Shown here piece by piece: positions 28,598 through 38,828 of a stretch of DNA of 64,000 nucleotides. A model generated the notes under the pieces. That model was not told where the DNA came from and ran no database searches. It saw nothing but the letters and a program-made list of their open reading frames with translations. The stretch's first letter is position 1; each line of letters opens with the position of its first letter. The DNA lies in contig JAKLKB010000006.1 of NCBI GenBank assembly GCA_023150835.1, positions 1 through 64,000 of the forward strand, read 5' to 3'. A program made the position numbers and the translations under genes. The stretch is from Myxococcota bacterium (lineage in GTDB: Bacteria > Myxococcota_C > UBA6777).

Positions 28598-28873
28598 ATG
28601 GATGTCGGTTACGTCTGGGACGAATCAAAGTACGAGAAAACAAAAGAAAAGCACGGTGTGACGTTTGCTGAAGTTGTTTATGCGATGGAAGATCCCAACA
28701 GTTTAGACGAACAAGAATTTCGTAACGACGAAGAACGCTGGGTGAGCGTGGGTTCCACGTGGGAGGGGCGTGTCATCGCCGTCGTTTACAACTGCGACGA
28801 ATTTCCTCTTTACCGCATCATTACTGCTTTCCAAGCAGAAGGGAGTTGGCTCGATGAGTACCGAAAAACCTGA
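28598..28873 (+). CDS. brnT: BrnT family toxin
   Basis: YVWDESKYEKTKEKHGVTFAE...EERWVSVG...RIITA; overlaps the antitoxin gene. Confidence 0.85.
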   Translation: MDVGYVWDESKYEKTKEKHGVTFAEVVYAMEDPNSLDEQEFRNDEERWVSVGSTWEGRVIAVVYNCDEFPLYRIITAFQAEGSWLDEYRKT

Positions 28874-29204
28874 CGAAATCGATATCCTACGAGAAGAGAT
28901 TCTCGCGAGGAAACCGAACCCCGATTCGATTTCTCGCGGGCTTGAGCGTAGAAAACAGCGATTGCAAGAGGCCATAAAAACGAAAATATCCATCCGCATC
29001 GACGAGGACATTTTGCAAGAGTTTAAAGCCCTCGCACAAGGGAAAGGCTATCAAGCACTGATCAATCAGGCGCTTCGCGAATGGTTGGTGGTCGGTGGTC
29101 TGAGGGAACTTTTGCGCGAAGACGTGGAGCAACTCATCCAGCACACCATCCAAACAACCCTTTCTTCCGTTCAAAACCCGGTACAAAAAAGAGCGAGCAA
29201 ATAG
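28854..29204 (+). CDS. brnA: BrnA family antitoxin
   Basis: KTKISIRIDEDILQEFK...GYQALINQALRE. Confidence 0.85.
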   Translation: MSTEKPDEIDILREEILARKPNPDSISRGLERRKQRLQEAIKTKISIRIDEDILQEFKALAQGKGYQALINQALREWLVVGGLRELLREDVEQLIQHTIQTTLSSVQNPVQKRASK

Positions 29205-29290
29205 GGTCGCCACGATTTGCAGTAGCGGTCCTGTTCTTGGGCAGCCACGGGGCTGCATCTGCCGATCACAGCACGGAGGATTTTGTATCA

Positions 29291-29411
29291 TACGATCTCC
29301 GAGAGACGTGTGATCGAAGGGTAGGTGCGATCCGCTGTAGACGCCCTATTGTTGGGCAGCCACTGGGGGCTGCCCCTACGTTTTTCGGTCACAGCATGGA
29401 GGGATTTCGTA
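29291..29411 (-). repeat. Family B REP-like element copy (degenerate partial copy at ~29237-29288)
   Basis: TACGATCTCCGA...TTGGGCAGCCACTGGGGGCTGCCCCTAC...GGGATTTCGTA. Confidence 0.75.
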
Positions 29412-29864
29412 TCACTCGCTTTCGATCCATCGCTTTCGCTCCTCTACGGTCGGTATCCTGCAAGCGTTGTATCGTCCAAAAAGGCGGTAGCGGTAGCGCG
29501 CAAAAAGGCGATAAAAAGCGTTGAGTAAAAAAAGCGGTATCCATCTCATAAAGATCAAGGATGGAAAAAGGCGGGGGTATATTTCTCGGGCTGCACGACC
29601 ATCGAGCAACAACGTCTCCGAAGGGGTGCCCGCATGGAGCAGCAAATAGATACCATCGATATCGTCTATTTTGCCACCGTGGCGTTGCAAAGCAGCACGC
29701 GCATAACCTCCTTGAAGATAAGCAAAAAAGAACTGCTTTTTCGCATCGTGTTTCAACAAGAAATGGACAAACCAATTGCAGTACACGCAGGTTCCGTCGA
29801 TAAAGACGACGTGGCGTTGGTTGGGGATGGCTCGTTCGGGCGGAGGTTCGATCATGGCGGTCAC
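29412..29864 (-). CDS. DCC1-like thiol-disulfide oxidoreductase (DUF393)
   Basis: [10 protein letters not shown] (DxxCxxC) and [16 protein letters not shown]. Confidence 0.88.
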   Translation of the reverse strand: MTAMIEPPPERAIPNQRHVVFIDGTCVYCNWFVHFLLKHDAKKQFFFAYLQGGYARAALQRHGGKIDDIDGIYLLLHAGTPSETLLLDGRAAREIYPRLFPSLIFMRWIPLFLLNAFYRLFARYRYRLFGRYNACRIPTVEERKRWIESE

Positions 29865-31471
29865 ATGCGAAAGACGCCGTAGCGTGTGGGGTTGGGGGGG
29901 GCTTGCAAGGTGACGGCAAGCGCAAGGCCGAGGATATCGCGGGTGTGGGTGGGATCGATCACGCCGTCGTCCCAGAGGCGGGCAGTCGAGTAATAAGGAT
30001 TGCCTTCGCGCTCGTATTTTTCGAGGATAGGGGCTTTGAAGGCGCGAGCCTCTTCGTCGGACATGGCGGATTGTCCGAGGCGTTCGGCTTGTTGTTGTTT
30101 GACGGTGTAGAGGACGTTTGCGGCTTGTTCACCGCCCATGACGGAGATGCGGCTATTCGGCCACATCCAGAGGAAGCGCGGAGCATAGGCACGACCGCAC
30201 ATGCCGTAGTTTCCAGCCCCAAAGGAGCCGCCGATTACGACGGTGAGCTTGGGTACTGCGGCGTTGGAGACGGCATGCACCATCTTGGCTCCGTCCTTGG
30301 CGATGCCGCCGGCCTCGTAGTCGCGCCCGACCATAAAGCCAGTGATATTTTGTAAGAAGATCAACGGGATACCGCGTGCCGAACACAGCTCGATAAAGTG
30401 GGTTCCTTTGAGGGCCGATTCGCTGAATAAGATGCCGTTGTTGGCGACGATCCCGACGGGATAACCGTGAATATGCGCAAAAGCACACACCAACGTCGTG
30501 CCATAGCGGGCCTTGAATTCGCGCCATTGACTGCCGTCGACGATGCGGGCCATGACTTCGCGGACATCGTAGCCGATGCTTGTGCGCGGTGGGACGATGC
30601 CGTAAAGCTCGATCGGATCGTAGAGGGGTTCTTCGGGGGACTGGACTTGGGCGTGGATCTGGAGGTTGCGGTTGAGGGATTCCACGATCTCGCGGACTTG
30701 TTCGATCGCATCGTGATCGTCGACTGCGAAGTGATCCGCAACGCCAGAGATCCGTGTGTGGACATCCGCTCCACCGAGATCTTCGGCGGTCACTTCTTCG
30801 CCTGTGGCGGCCTTAACGAGCGGTGGGCCAGCCAGAAAGATCGTGCCGTTGCCTTTGACGATCACGGCTTCGTCGCTCATCGCGGGGATATAGGCCCCGC
30901 CCGCTGTACAAGATCCCATCACGCAAGCGATCTGCGGGATACCCAGCGAACTCATCTGTGCTTGGTTAAAGAAGATCCGCCCGAAGTCATCGACATCAGG
31001 GAAGACCTCATCTTGCATCGGCAAAAACGCCCCGCCCGAATCCACAAGATAGATGCAAGGCAGGTGATTCTCTTGGGCGATGTATTGGGCGCGTAGGTGC
31101 TTTTTAACCGTCATCGGAAAATAGGTTCCGCCTTTGACCGTCGCATCATTGGCGACGATCATACAAGGCTGCCCGTGAACACTGCCGATCCCCGTCACGA
31201 TCCCCGCTCCCGGGGCCTCACCTTCGTAAAGATCCCACGCTGCAAGTGGCGATAGCTCTAAGAACGGAGAGCCCGGGTCGATCAAACGCTCGATGCGCTC
31301 GCGTACAAACAGCTTTCCGCGTTTTTCGTGCTGTTGGCGGGTTTTGTCGCCGCCGCCCTTACGCACAAGCACCATCCGTTCGCGCAACTCCTCCGCTAAA
31401 CCCCGATTGTGGGCCTCATTCTCTTTGAAGGTCTGGCTTTCTGTTTTGATCAGCGATTGAAAGATCTGCAT
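29861..31471 (-). CDS. Methylcrotonyl-CoA carboxylase beta subunit (carboxyltransferase)
   Basis: [58 protein letters not shown]. Confidence 0.92.
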   Translation of the reverse strand: MQIFQSLIKTESQTFKENEAHNRGLAEELRERMVLVRKGGGDKTRQQHEKRGKLFVRERIERLIDPGSPFLELSPLAAWDLYEGEAPGAGIVTGIGSVHGQPCMIVANDATVKGGTYFPMTVKKHLRAQYIAQENHLPCIYLVDSGGAFLPMQDEVFPDVDDFGRIFFNQAQMSSLGIPQIACVMGSCTAGGAYIPAMSDEAVIVKGNGTIFLAGPPLVKAATGEEVTAEDLGGADVHTRISGVADHFAVDDHDAIEQVREIVESLNRNLQIHAQVQSPEEPLYDPIELYGIVPPRTSIGYDVREVMARIVDGSQWREFKARYGTTLVCAFAHIHGYPVGIVANNGILFSESALKGTHFIELCSARGIPLIFLQNITGFMVGRDYEAGGIAKDGAKMVHAVSNAAVPKLTVVIGGSFGAGNYGMCGRAYAPRFLWMWPNSRISVMGGEQAANVLYTVKQQQAERLGQSAMSDEEARAFKAPILEKYEREGNPYYSTARLWDDGVIDPTHTRDILGLALAVTLQAPPNPTRYGVFRM

Positions 31472-31707
31472 CAACGCTTCCTTGGCTCGTGGTCTGTGAG
31501 CGATGGGTGGCCGTTCGTTGCGACACCCCATCCAACGGGCTTCTCGTGTGACCCTGTTTGGAGCGTCTCTTGTACCCACAATCTTCGACCACAACAAGGG
31601 GGTATGTCCTGTTCGTGGAGGGTGGATTCGTTTCTTCGTCGTGCTGTTTGAAATGCCGCGAACACGGGGGGTTTCCTATCTATTGCTTTGTTGGGCCGTC
31701 GCGTGGT

Positions 31708-31885
31708 TCACAGCCAGCCCGCTGTTGATCCGCCAAGTGGCTCACAGCCAGCCCGCAGTTGATCCGCCAAGTGGCTCACGAAAGCCTCGATGTTCGGTCG
31801 CTTTGTTCACAGCCAGCCCGCAGTTGATCCGCCAAGTGGCTCACGAAAGCCTCGATGTTCGGTCGCTTTGTTCACAACAAGCCCG
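31708..31885. repeat. Compound tandem repeat (34-bp and 65-bp periods) abutting a stop codon
   Basis: TCACAGCCAGCCCGCWGTTGATCCGCCAAGTGGC starts at 31708, 31742 and 31807; a related TCACAACAAGCCCG at 31872 is the gene end. Confidence 0.9.
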
Positions 31886-32963
31886 TTGCAACGAAGCGTT
31901 CAAGCTGCTCCCAAGGGACGCGCAGATCGAGCTTTTCTTGTTGCAGCCATTCATCGCTAAAGTACCGATCTTTGTAGCGATCGCCTGCATCGCAGATCAA
32001 TGTCACAACGCTGCCTGTTTGGCCTTCTTGGAGCATCTTGCTGATCAAACCAAATGCCGCAAAGACGTTCGTTCCCGTCGATGCGCCGACCTTTTTTCCG
32101 AGATAGCGTTCCAAAAAGCGCGTGGTTGCGATGCTTTGTTCGTCGGAGATCTGTACAGCATCGTGGATCACGTCGGGCAAAAAAGAAGGTTCAACACGCG
32201 GCCGCCCGATGCCTTCGATGCGCGAACTGGCGCACATCTTGAGATGTGGATCGCGTGTCTTGAAATACTCGTAAAACACCGACCGTTCTGGGTCTGCAAG
32301 AATAAGCTGTGTTTGGCCCCCGCACTCCAAGGAATAACGCAGATAACGACCGATCGTGGCGCTGGTTCCGCCCGTCCCTGCGCTCATGACGACATAGGCA
32401 GGGGTTGGATAAGGCTCTTGCTTCATTTGATCGAAGATGCTTTGTGCGATGTTGTTGTTGCCCCGCCAATCGGTCGCTCGTTCGGCGTAAGTGAACTGAT
32501 CCATATAGTGGCCGTTGCGTGTGCGTGCGATCTCCTCGGCGGAGGCGTAGATCTCCGCTGGTGCGACCCGCTCACAACGCCCCCCCCAAAACTCGATCTC
32601 TCGGACTTTTTGCGAGGCTGTTTTTTCGGGAATCACCGCGATAAAGGGCAATCCCAACAGCCGCGCAAAGTAGGCTTCCGAGATCGCCGTACTGCCCGAA
32701 GAAGATTCAACGATGGGCGTGCCTTCGCCGATCCAGCCGTTGCAGATCGCATACAAAAACAACGACCGCGCAAGTCGATGTTTGAGACTGCCTGTCGGAT
32801 GCGTTGACTCGTCTTTGAGATAGAAATGGATATCGTGTTTTTGTAAGATCGGAAACATCGGCTTGAGCAGATGTGTATCCGAAGATCGCGTAAAATCCGC
32901 ATGGATCTGTTGGATCGCCCAACGCACCCAGTTGCTGCAATACTTGGCTTTTGAATGAGTCAT
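31872..32963 (-). CDS. PLP-dependent cysteine synthase family protein (Cds1-like L-cysteine desulfhydrase)
   Basis: LKDESTHPTGSLKHRLARSLFLYA, ESSSGSTAISEAYFA, DWRGNNNIA, GTGGTSAT, IEGIGRPRVEPSF. Confidence 0.9.
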   Translation of the reverse strand: MTHSKAKYCSNWVRWAIQQIHADFTRSSDTHLLKPMFPILQKHDIHFYLKDESTHPTGSLKHRLARSLFLYAICNGWIGEGTPIVESSSGSTAISEAYFARLLGLPFIAVIPEKTASQKVREIEFWGGRCERVAPAEIYASAEEIARTRNGHYMDQFTYAERATDWRGNNNIAQSIFDQMKQEPYPTPAYVVMSAGTGGTSATIGRYLRYSLECGGQTQLILADPERSVFYEYFKTRDPHLKMCASSRIEGIGRPRVEPSFLPDVIHDAVQISDEQSIATTRFLERYLGKKVGASTGTNVFAAFGLISKMLQEGQTGSVVTLICDAGDRYKDRYFSDEWLQQEKLDLRVPWEQLERFVATGLL

Positions 32964-32986
32964 CAGTTGCTCCAAAATACAAAAAG

Positions 32987-33018
32987 AGTCCACGGAAAGC
33001 ACGGAAGGCACGGAAAAA
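32987..33018 (+). repeat. 9-mer repeat arm (left inverted repeat around GxxExxY)
   Basis: AGTCCACGGAAAGCACGGAAGGCACGGAAAAA. Confidence 0.85.
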
Positions 33019-33025
33019 GAGTCCG

Positions 33026-33089
33026 CGTACAACGACCAACGGGAGTTTCACGCTTCGTACAACGACCAACGGGAGTTTCACGCTTCGTA
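33026..33089. repeat. 30-bp direct tandem duplication
   Basis: CGTACAACGACCAACGGGAGTTTCACGCTT x2. Confidence 0.9.
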
Positions 33090-33106
33090 AAGCATGGACA
33101 ACACTG

Positions 33107-33529
33107 TTAGAGAAGAAGGCGCTCGATGGTTGCTTTGGGATGGCATCCAAAATTGGCTAACAGGCCGACTTTCAGCCCTGTAGATTTCAGGTAGTTGAGC
33201 AGTTGTGCTTTATGTTCGCCGGTGGTTTGGCTGAGGGCTTTAATCTCCAAGATAACCGAATTGTAGCAAATGAAATCAGGCCGATAGTAGTGCTTCAATG
33301 GTTCGCCTTTGTAGGACAGTCGCAATTCGCTTTGTGCCGCGAAAGGGATGTTTGCTTTGGCGAATTCTTTTTCCAAGCACTCTTGATACACAGCTTCGAG
33401 AAATCCGCAACCCATCTCTCGGTACACCTCAAAGATCGCGCCTCGGATCGCGTAGGTTTCTCGTTCGTGGAGTATGGTTGTTGTTTTTGGATAGGTGGGA
33501 GGAAGGAATGTTGGATCGCTGGGGTTCAT
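33107..33529 (-). CDS. GxxExxY family protein (PD-(D/E)XK-like)
   Basis: GCGFLEAVYQECL, YRPDFIC, ILEIKA, AQLLNYLK, GLLANFG. Confidence 0.92.
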   Translation of the reverse strand: MNPSDPTFLPPTYPKTTTILHERETYAIRGAIFEVYREMGCGFLEAVYQECLEKEFAKANIPFAAQSELRLSYKGEPLKHYYRPDFICYNSVILEIKALSQTTGEHKAQLLNYLKSTGLKVGLLANFGCHPKATIERLLL

Positions 33530-33815
33530 CGTTTTCTACCTTTCTTTGTTTCTAGCGTTGTTTCTTGTGAGATTGCTTGCTGTCGGCAAGATTGCTTGTT
33601 GTCCTGTGATCGGGTGTGCTCTACGCTTCGAATGTTTCGGGATGAGTTGCGTGCGCTGGACGAGGGCACTCGCTGCTTGCTTTATTGTCGGCGGTGTTGG
33701 ATTCTTGTTTTGTTGGTCGGTGTTTTCATTTTTTTGCGGTGGGCGTGGGGAGGTTGTGCTTTGATAGAGCGAGTCGTGTCTTACGAAGCGCTAGGCCCTC
33801 TTTGGCGGCCTGCCT

Positions 33816-33959
33816 TGGAGTCTTCTTGCCTTCTTTCTGTGTTGTCTGTGTTGTCTGTGTTGTCTGTGTTGTCCGTGTTGTCCGTGTTGTCCGTGTTGTC
33901 CGTGTTGTCCGTGGAGTCTTCTTGCCTTTTTTCCGTGTTTTCCGTGTTTTCCGTGGACT
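33816..33959 (-). repeat. 9-mer arrays (right inverted arm around GxxExxY)
   Basis: (GTGTTGTCY) x ~8, then TTTTTTCCGTGTTTTCCGTGTTTTCCGTGGACT; TGGAGTCTTCTTGCCTT is duplicated in front of each block. Confidence 0.9.
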
Positions 33960-34155
33960 ATTCTTTCTGGCTTGGTAGGTTTCGTGTTTGATCGGGCGAT
34001 TTACGCCAAGGAGAAAACTGCGACGAATCGAGTCCGCCCCATCCACCGAGTATTGCACTCGTACCATTGTTTCGGATCTGTTCGTGTTTTTCTGTTGATT
34101 ACGCTGTGCTTGTTCTGTTTGGCCTGTACATCCTAGAGGATAGGAGTTGTGTTGG

Positions 34156-36462
34156 ATGAGTCACACCCAGCGTTTCGGTCGAGGCGGTGCCGTTTTTTAC
34201 GGTGTTGTGGTTTTGGTGATGGTGCGGTGGTTTTTTGGGATGGTTTTTGATGGAGCGTTTGTGCAAGCGCAACCGATTCCTCCAGAGATCGAGCGGTCTA
34301 TTCGGGATTTGCGTGATGCTGCGGATCCGAGGGTTCGTGTGCGTGGAGCAAAAGCCTTGGGGCAGAGCGGAGCCAAAGCAGCGCCTGCTGTGGCGGTGCT
34401 GGTGCGAACATTGAGCGAAGAAAACGAGGGCGTGGTTCGTCGGGAGGTGGTCAAGGCTTTGGGTCAGATCGGCGTGGTGGCCAAGGCAGCGATCCCTGCG
34501 TTAATCGAGGCTTTGTGCGATCCCGATGCAGATGTGCGCCCCCAAGCAGCCGAGGCGTTGAGAGCGGTGGGAACGGTAGCGATCCCTGCACTGATCTACG
34601 CGGTACACCATCCCTTTTGTTGGAACGCCCGCTATCTCGCCATCAAAACGCTCGGTGAGATCGGGGGAATGGATCGATCGGCGATCAAGGCGATCGTTCA
34701 GAGCCTCAAAGATCAGCGTTTCGAGGTTCGTCGAGAGGCCGCGTTGGCGTTAGGCAAGATGGGGGTAAAAACGAAGTATGCGCTCCCTGTATTCATCGAG
34801 TTGTTGGGGGATAAAGAGGCGTGGGTACGCCAAGAAGCCGCAAAGTTGTTGCGTGAGAGGGGGGATTTGGCGGTTCCTTTGCTGACGAGGGCTTTGTGGC
34901 ATCCAAAGGAAGAGATCCGTATGGGGGCGATTGAAGTGCTGGGCAAGATGGGGCAGCTTACGAGCGATAAGCTGGTGAGAGCCTTGGGGGGGGCGTCTTG
35001 GGCCGTGCGCTGCGATGCTGCGAGGGCTTTGGGCAGGATGGGGAAGGCTGCTCGGCCTGTGATCCCTGCGCTGATTCGGGCTTTGCGCGATCCGAGTCGT
35101 GATGTTCGCGCTTGTGTTGTCCAAGCCTTGGGAAAGATGACCGACACCGCGCTCCCCGCCATCACGGCGGTTTTGGGTGATCCCGATGCGCGTGTTCGGG
35201 CGAAAGCAGCCCAAGCCTTGGGAGATATCGGACCTGCCGCCAAGACAGCGATCCCAGCGTTGATCGTGGCATTGCGCGATCGTGAGTTGGAGGTGCGCGA
35301 GTCTACGTCATTGGCGCTCGCAAAGATCGGAGCATCGGCAGTTCCAGCGTTGATCGTGGTGTTGCGCGACAAGGAATGGTTGGTGCGCGGTGATGCCGCC
35401 AAAACACTTGCAAAGATCGGTACAGAAGCGAAAGAGGCGGTTCCAGCGTTGATCGTGGCGTTGCGTGATGAAGTGAGGGAAGTGCGTGTTGTGGCCGCCA
35501 AGGCTTTGGGGAAGGTGGGTGGGGCTGCGAGGGCAGCGGTCCCTGCACTGATCGAGTCATTGCGCACAGAGCAGATCGGAAGAGTGCGCGCTCGATCTGC
35601 TCAGGCGTTGGGGCAGATGGGGGATGCGGCAAGCGCGGCGATCCCTGCACTTGCGTCGGCTTTACGCGACAAACACTCGGATGTTCGACAACAGGCTGTT
35701 CGTGCGTTGGGCCGTATCGGGGTTCGAGCCGTGTTTGCGATCCTTGGGCAAGCTTTGCGCGAACCTGATTTGGAAGTTCGACGGCTTGCAGCGGAGGCAC
35801 TCGGTCAGATCGGTGTGGCCGCCCAATCGACGGTCCCTGCGCTGGTTGAGGCGTTGCGTGATCAAGAAAAAAAAGTGTGTGTGTCTGCGGCCCGAGCCTT
35901 GGGGCGGATGGGCAGCGCTGCAAGACAGGCGGCTCCTGCGCTGGTGGGAGCGATTCAGGATCCAGAAGTGCGTGCTTCGGCGGTCGAGGCGCTTAAACGG
36001 ATGGGCAGCGCAGCGAAGCCAGCGATTCCCGCGCTGTTGAAGGCTTTGGGCGATCTGGATCCGAGCGTTCGCAGCATCTCTGCCGAGCTGTTGGGGTCGA
36101 TCGGGAGTGCCACCAAACCAGTGATTAGGGTGCTGGTTCGGGCTTTGCGCGATGAAGAAGATGAGGTGCGTGTTCGTGCGGCCTTGGCTTTGGTTTGCCT
36201 GAACGCCTCAAAGCGTGCGGTATCCGTGTTGCTCAAGGCTTTGCGGGAGAAGCAACGGCTTGCTCGTCTTCGATCGGTGCGGCTGCTTGGGAAGATGGGA
36301 GCGGGGGCTCGATCCGCGCTGCCTGCGCTTCATCAGGCCAAAAAACAAGCGACGGATCGCCTTTTTCAGGCCGCGATCACAGAAGCGATCACCGATATCT
36401 CCCGCCCTTCTGTTTCGTTGTGCCCCTTTTCGGCGTCTCCTCCTCGCTCTCGGCGGCCTTGA
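34156..36462 (+). CDS. HEAT/PBS-lyase repeat protein with N-terminal TM/signal
   Basis: About 20 repeats of AIPALIxALRDxxxxVRxxAAxALGxIG. Confidence 0.9.
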   Translation: MSHTQRFGRGGAVFYGVVVLVMVRWFFGMVFDGAFVQAQPIPPEIERSIRDLRDAADPRVRVRGAKALGQSGAKAAPAVAVLVRTLSEENEGVVRREVVKALGQIGVVAKAAIPALIEALCDPDADVRPQAAEALRAVGTVAIPALIYAVHHPFCWNARYLAIKTLGEIGGMDRSAIKAIVQSLKDQRFEVRREAALALGKMGVKTKYALPVFIELLGDKEAWVRQEAAKLLRERGDLAVPLLTRALWHPKEEIRMGAIEVLGKMGQLTSDKLVRALGGASWAVRCDAARALGRMGKAARPVIPALIRALRDPSRDVRACVVQALGKMTDTALPAITAVLGDPDARVRAKAAQALGDIGPAAKTAIPALIVALRDRELEVRESTSLALAKIGASAVPALIVVLRDKEWLVRGDAAKTLAKIGTEAKEAVPALIVALRDEVREVRVVAAKALGKVGGAARAAVPALIESLRTEQIGRVRARSAQALGQMGDAASAAIPALASALRDKHSDVRQQAVRALGRIGVRAVFAILGQALREPDLEVRRLAAEALGQIGVAAQSTVPALVEALRDQEKKVCVSAARALGRMGSAARQAAPALVGAIQDPEVRASAVEALKRMGSAAKPAIPALLKALGDLDPSVRSISAELLGSIGSATKPVIRVLVRALRDEEDEVRVRAALALVCLNASKRAVSVLLKALREKQRLARLRSVRLLGKMGAGARSALPALHQAKKQATDRLFQAAITEAITDISRPSVSLCPFSASPPRSRRP

Positions 36463-36494
36463 GATGGCGAGGTGGGGCTTCCACCGAAGTGTGC

Positions 36495-36792
36495 GGGCGT
36501 ATGTTGGCGGACCGTGCGACCCACCCAAAAAACCTGTGGGCGTATGTTGGCGACCGTGCGACCCTTCCAAAAAACCTGTGGGAGTACTTTGGCGACCGTG
36601 TGACCCTTCCAAAAAACCTGTGGGAGTACTTTGGCGATCGTGTGACCCTTCCAAAAAACCTGTGGGAGTACTTTGGGCGACCGTGCGACCCTTCCAAAAA
36701 ACCTGTGGGAGTACTTTGGGCGACCGTGTGACCCTTCCAAAAAACCTGTGGGAGTACTTTGGGCGACTGTGTGACCCTTCCAAAAAACCTGT
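36495..36792. repeat. Intergenic tandem repeat, 42-43 bp x 7
   Basis: GGCGACCGTGYGACCCTTCCAAAAAACCTGTGGGAGTACTTT; no unique spacers. Confidence 0.95.
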
Positions 36793-36942
36793 TGGTCTTG
36801 CGATCTTTGGGGGTTGTGTGTTTGGGTAGGAAGGCACGGGTGATGTTGGGCTGCGGCTTGGCAAGGAAGGTGTTGCGTATCTATCCCCCTTGGGGACGGA
36901 GTATCAACGGAGAGCGAATCACCCTTTGTTGAGCAGAAATGA

Positions 36943-37042
36943 TACGAAATCCGCAGGGTGTGTGCATGACGTAGGGGCGGTTCGCGAACCGCCCGATTCT
37001 TGGGCAGCTATGTTTACGCTCACACAATAGGCGGATCTCGTA
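36943..37042 (+). repeat. Family B variant REP-like element
   Basis: TACGAAATCCGC...GTAGGGGCGGTTCGCGAACCGCCC...GCGGATCTCGTA. Confidence 0.75.
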
Positions 37043-37065
37043 TGAGCGGTGTTGAAGGGAGAGCG

Positions 37066-38817
37066 ATGAGAGAAGCGGTACAAGAAGCGTTGAACGCCCT
37101 ATTGATGGAGGAGGAGAGTGCGGAGACGTGGGAAGGGCTGTGTACGTTGTTGGTGGAGATCTGTACGGAAGAAGAACGGGAGTGGGGGATTCAAAAAGCG
37201 GCGTTGGTGTTGGCATCGTGGTCGGATGAATACTGTCGATTGGAGGGGATCGATCTAAAGCATCCATGTTGGCCGTTGGTGCGGACATTGCGTTTGTCGG
37301 ATGAAGATCTGGTGGATTTGGCGGTCTTGATGGAGCATCCGCACATTCGAGGGTTGGAGATGTCGGGTTGCGAAAGGCTTGAAGATGCCGAGGTGTTGGG
37401 GCAGTTGTCGTCGTTGACGTATTTGGATGTGTCGGGGACGGTGAGTTTGCGGGATATTGGCGGGTTGGGGCGGTTGAAGCTGTTGACGCATTTGGATGTG
37501 TCATCTTGTCCGAATGTCGAGGACTTTGGTGTGATTGGAGAGATGAAGGGCCTGCGGAGGTTGGGGCTGTCGGAGTGCGATGCGTTGGTGGATGTGGGGT
37601 TCTTGGAGGGATTGGAGGGGTTGGAGTATGTGGATTTGTCATGGTGTGCGTTTTTGGAAGATACGCGGGGGTTGGCGGGGAAAGTCAGATTGCGGGAAGT
37701 GGATCTGTATGGCTGCGATGTGTTGAGGGAAGTGGATCTGCGGGGATGTGTGGCGCTTGAAGAGATCGATGTTTCGAAGTGTGCCTCGCTGGAGAATCTG
37801 GACGGATTGCGCGGATTGACGGCCTTGCGGAAGATCGATGTATCGGAAGGGCTGTCGTTGCGGGACGTGGATGGTTTGTGCGAAGCGCTGTTGCTTGAAG
37901 AGGTGGATTTGTCGAAGTGCGAGTCGTTGGAGCGGGTGGATGGGCTTGAGGGGATGAGCGCGCTGCGGATGTTGGATCTGTCGGGTTGTGTGCGGCTGCA
38001 AGATATCAGCGTGTTACGTTCGTGTGTGGGGTTGGAAGAGGTCTACTTGCACGATTGTATGGCCCTGACGGATCTGGTGGGTTTGGGTGGATTGAGCAGG
38101 CTTGAGACGTTGGATGTGTCGAATTGTGTGGGTCTGACGTCGTTGGGAGGGCTGTGTGGGTTGCCGAGTTTGCAGACGTTGAATTTGTCGGGCTGTGCGG
38201 CGATGTCGGATCTCTCGGAGATTACGGGGTTGACATCGTTGGTTTCGTTGGATTTGGCGTGGTGCGTGGCCTTGTCGGATCTGCGACCGATTGGGGGGTT
38301 AAAGAGGCTGCAAACGCTGGATATGTCGGGTTGTACGAGTGTGGTGTCTTTGGCGGGTGTGGGTGGATTAAGGCAGTTACAAGCGTTGGATATGTCGTTG
38401 TGTTCGGGCCTGACGGGGGTTCAAGAGTTGGCGGGGCTGTTGCGGCTCAAGCATTTGAACTTGTCGTGGTGTCATGGTTTGCGGGATCTCAAGGGCTTGG
38501 GTGGGCTGCGTTCGTTGCAGTCGTTGGATCTGTTGGGTTGTGAAAGCCTGACGGATATTCGTGCGCTGGCGTTGCTAAAGGGTTTGCGCAAGTTGAATCT
38601 TTCGGCGTGTTCTTCGTTGGAGAGTTTGACGCCGTTGGCAGCGCTCGAATCGCTGGAGTCTTTGAACATTTCGTGGTGTCAAGCACTGGCGATCGGAGAA
38701 GTGGCAAAGTCGATTATGCAAGGGGAAGATGTCGTGCGTTTTCGCGGGATGTTGGGCAAAAATATCGAGGCGCGGCCCGATAGCTCGCTGCTTTTTGAGC
38801 AGCGAAGGCGGCCTTGA
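37066..38817 (+). CDS. Cysteine-containing leucine-rich repeat protein
   Basis: About 20 23-aa units LxxLDLSGCxxLxDLxxLxGLxx. Alternative start at 37042. Confidence 0.9.
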   Translation: MREAVQEALNALLMEEESAETWEGLCTLLVEICTEEEREWGIQKAALVLASWSDEYCRLEGIDLKHPCWPLVRTLRLSDEDLVDLAVLMEHPHIRGLEMSGCERLEDAEVLGQLSSLTYLDVSGTVSLRDIGGLGRLKLLTHLDVSSCPNVEDFGVIGEMKGLRRLGLSECDALVDVGFLEGLEGLEYVDLSWCAFLEDTRGLAGKVRLREVDLYGCDVLREVDLRGCVALEEIDVSKCASLENLDGLRGLTALRKIDVSEGLSLRDVDGLCEALLLEEVDLSKCESLERVDGLEGMSALRMLDLSGCVRLQDISVLRSCVGLEEVYLHDCMALTDLVGLGGLSRLETLDVSNCVGLTSLGGLCGLPSLQTLNLSGCAAMSDLSEITGLTSLVSLDLAWCVALSDLRPIGGLKRLQTLDMSGCTSVVSLAGVGGLRQLQALDMSLCSGLTGVQELAGLLRLKHLNLSWCHGLRDLKGLGGLRSLQSLDLLGCESLTDIRALALLKGLRKLNLSACSSLESLTPLAALESLESLNISWCQALAIGEVAKSIMQGEDVVRFRGMLGKNIEARPDSSLLFEQRRRP

Positions 38818-38828
38818 GGGGGAAGTGG

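Noticed and set aside
33530-34140. ORFs spanning the 9-mer arrays (SVLSVL / TTRTTR / VVRVVR)
   Set aside because: Translations of non-coding simple repeats.
36495-36792. CRISPR array (also considered for 17541, 18912, 54630 and 51614)
   Set aside because: Units are head-to-tail with no unique spacers, or only two repeats exist, and no cas genes are in the window.
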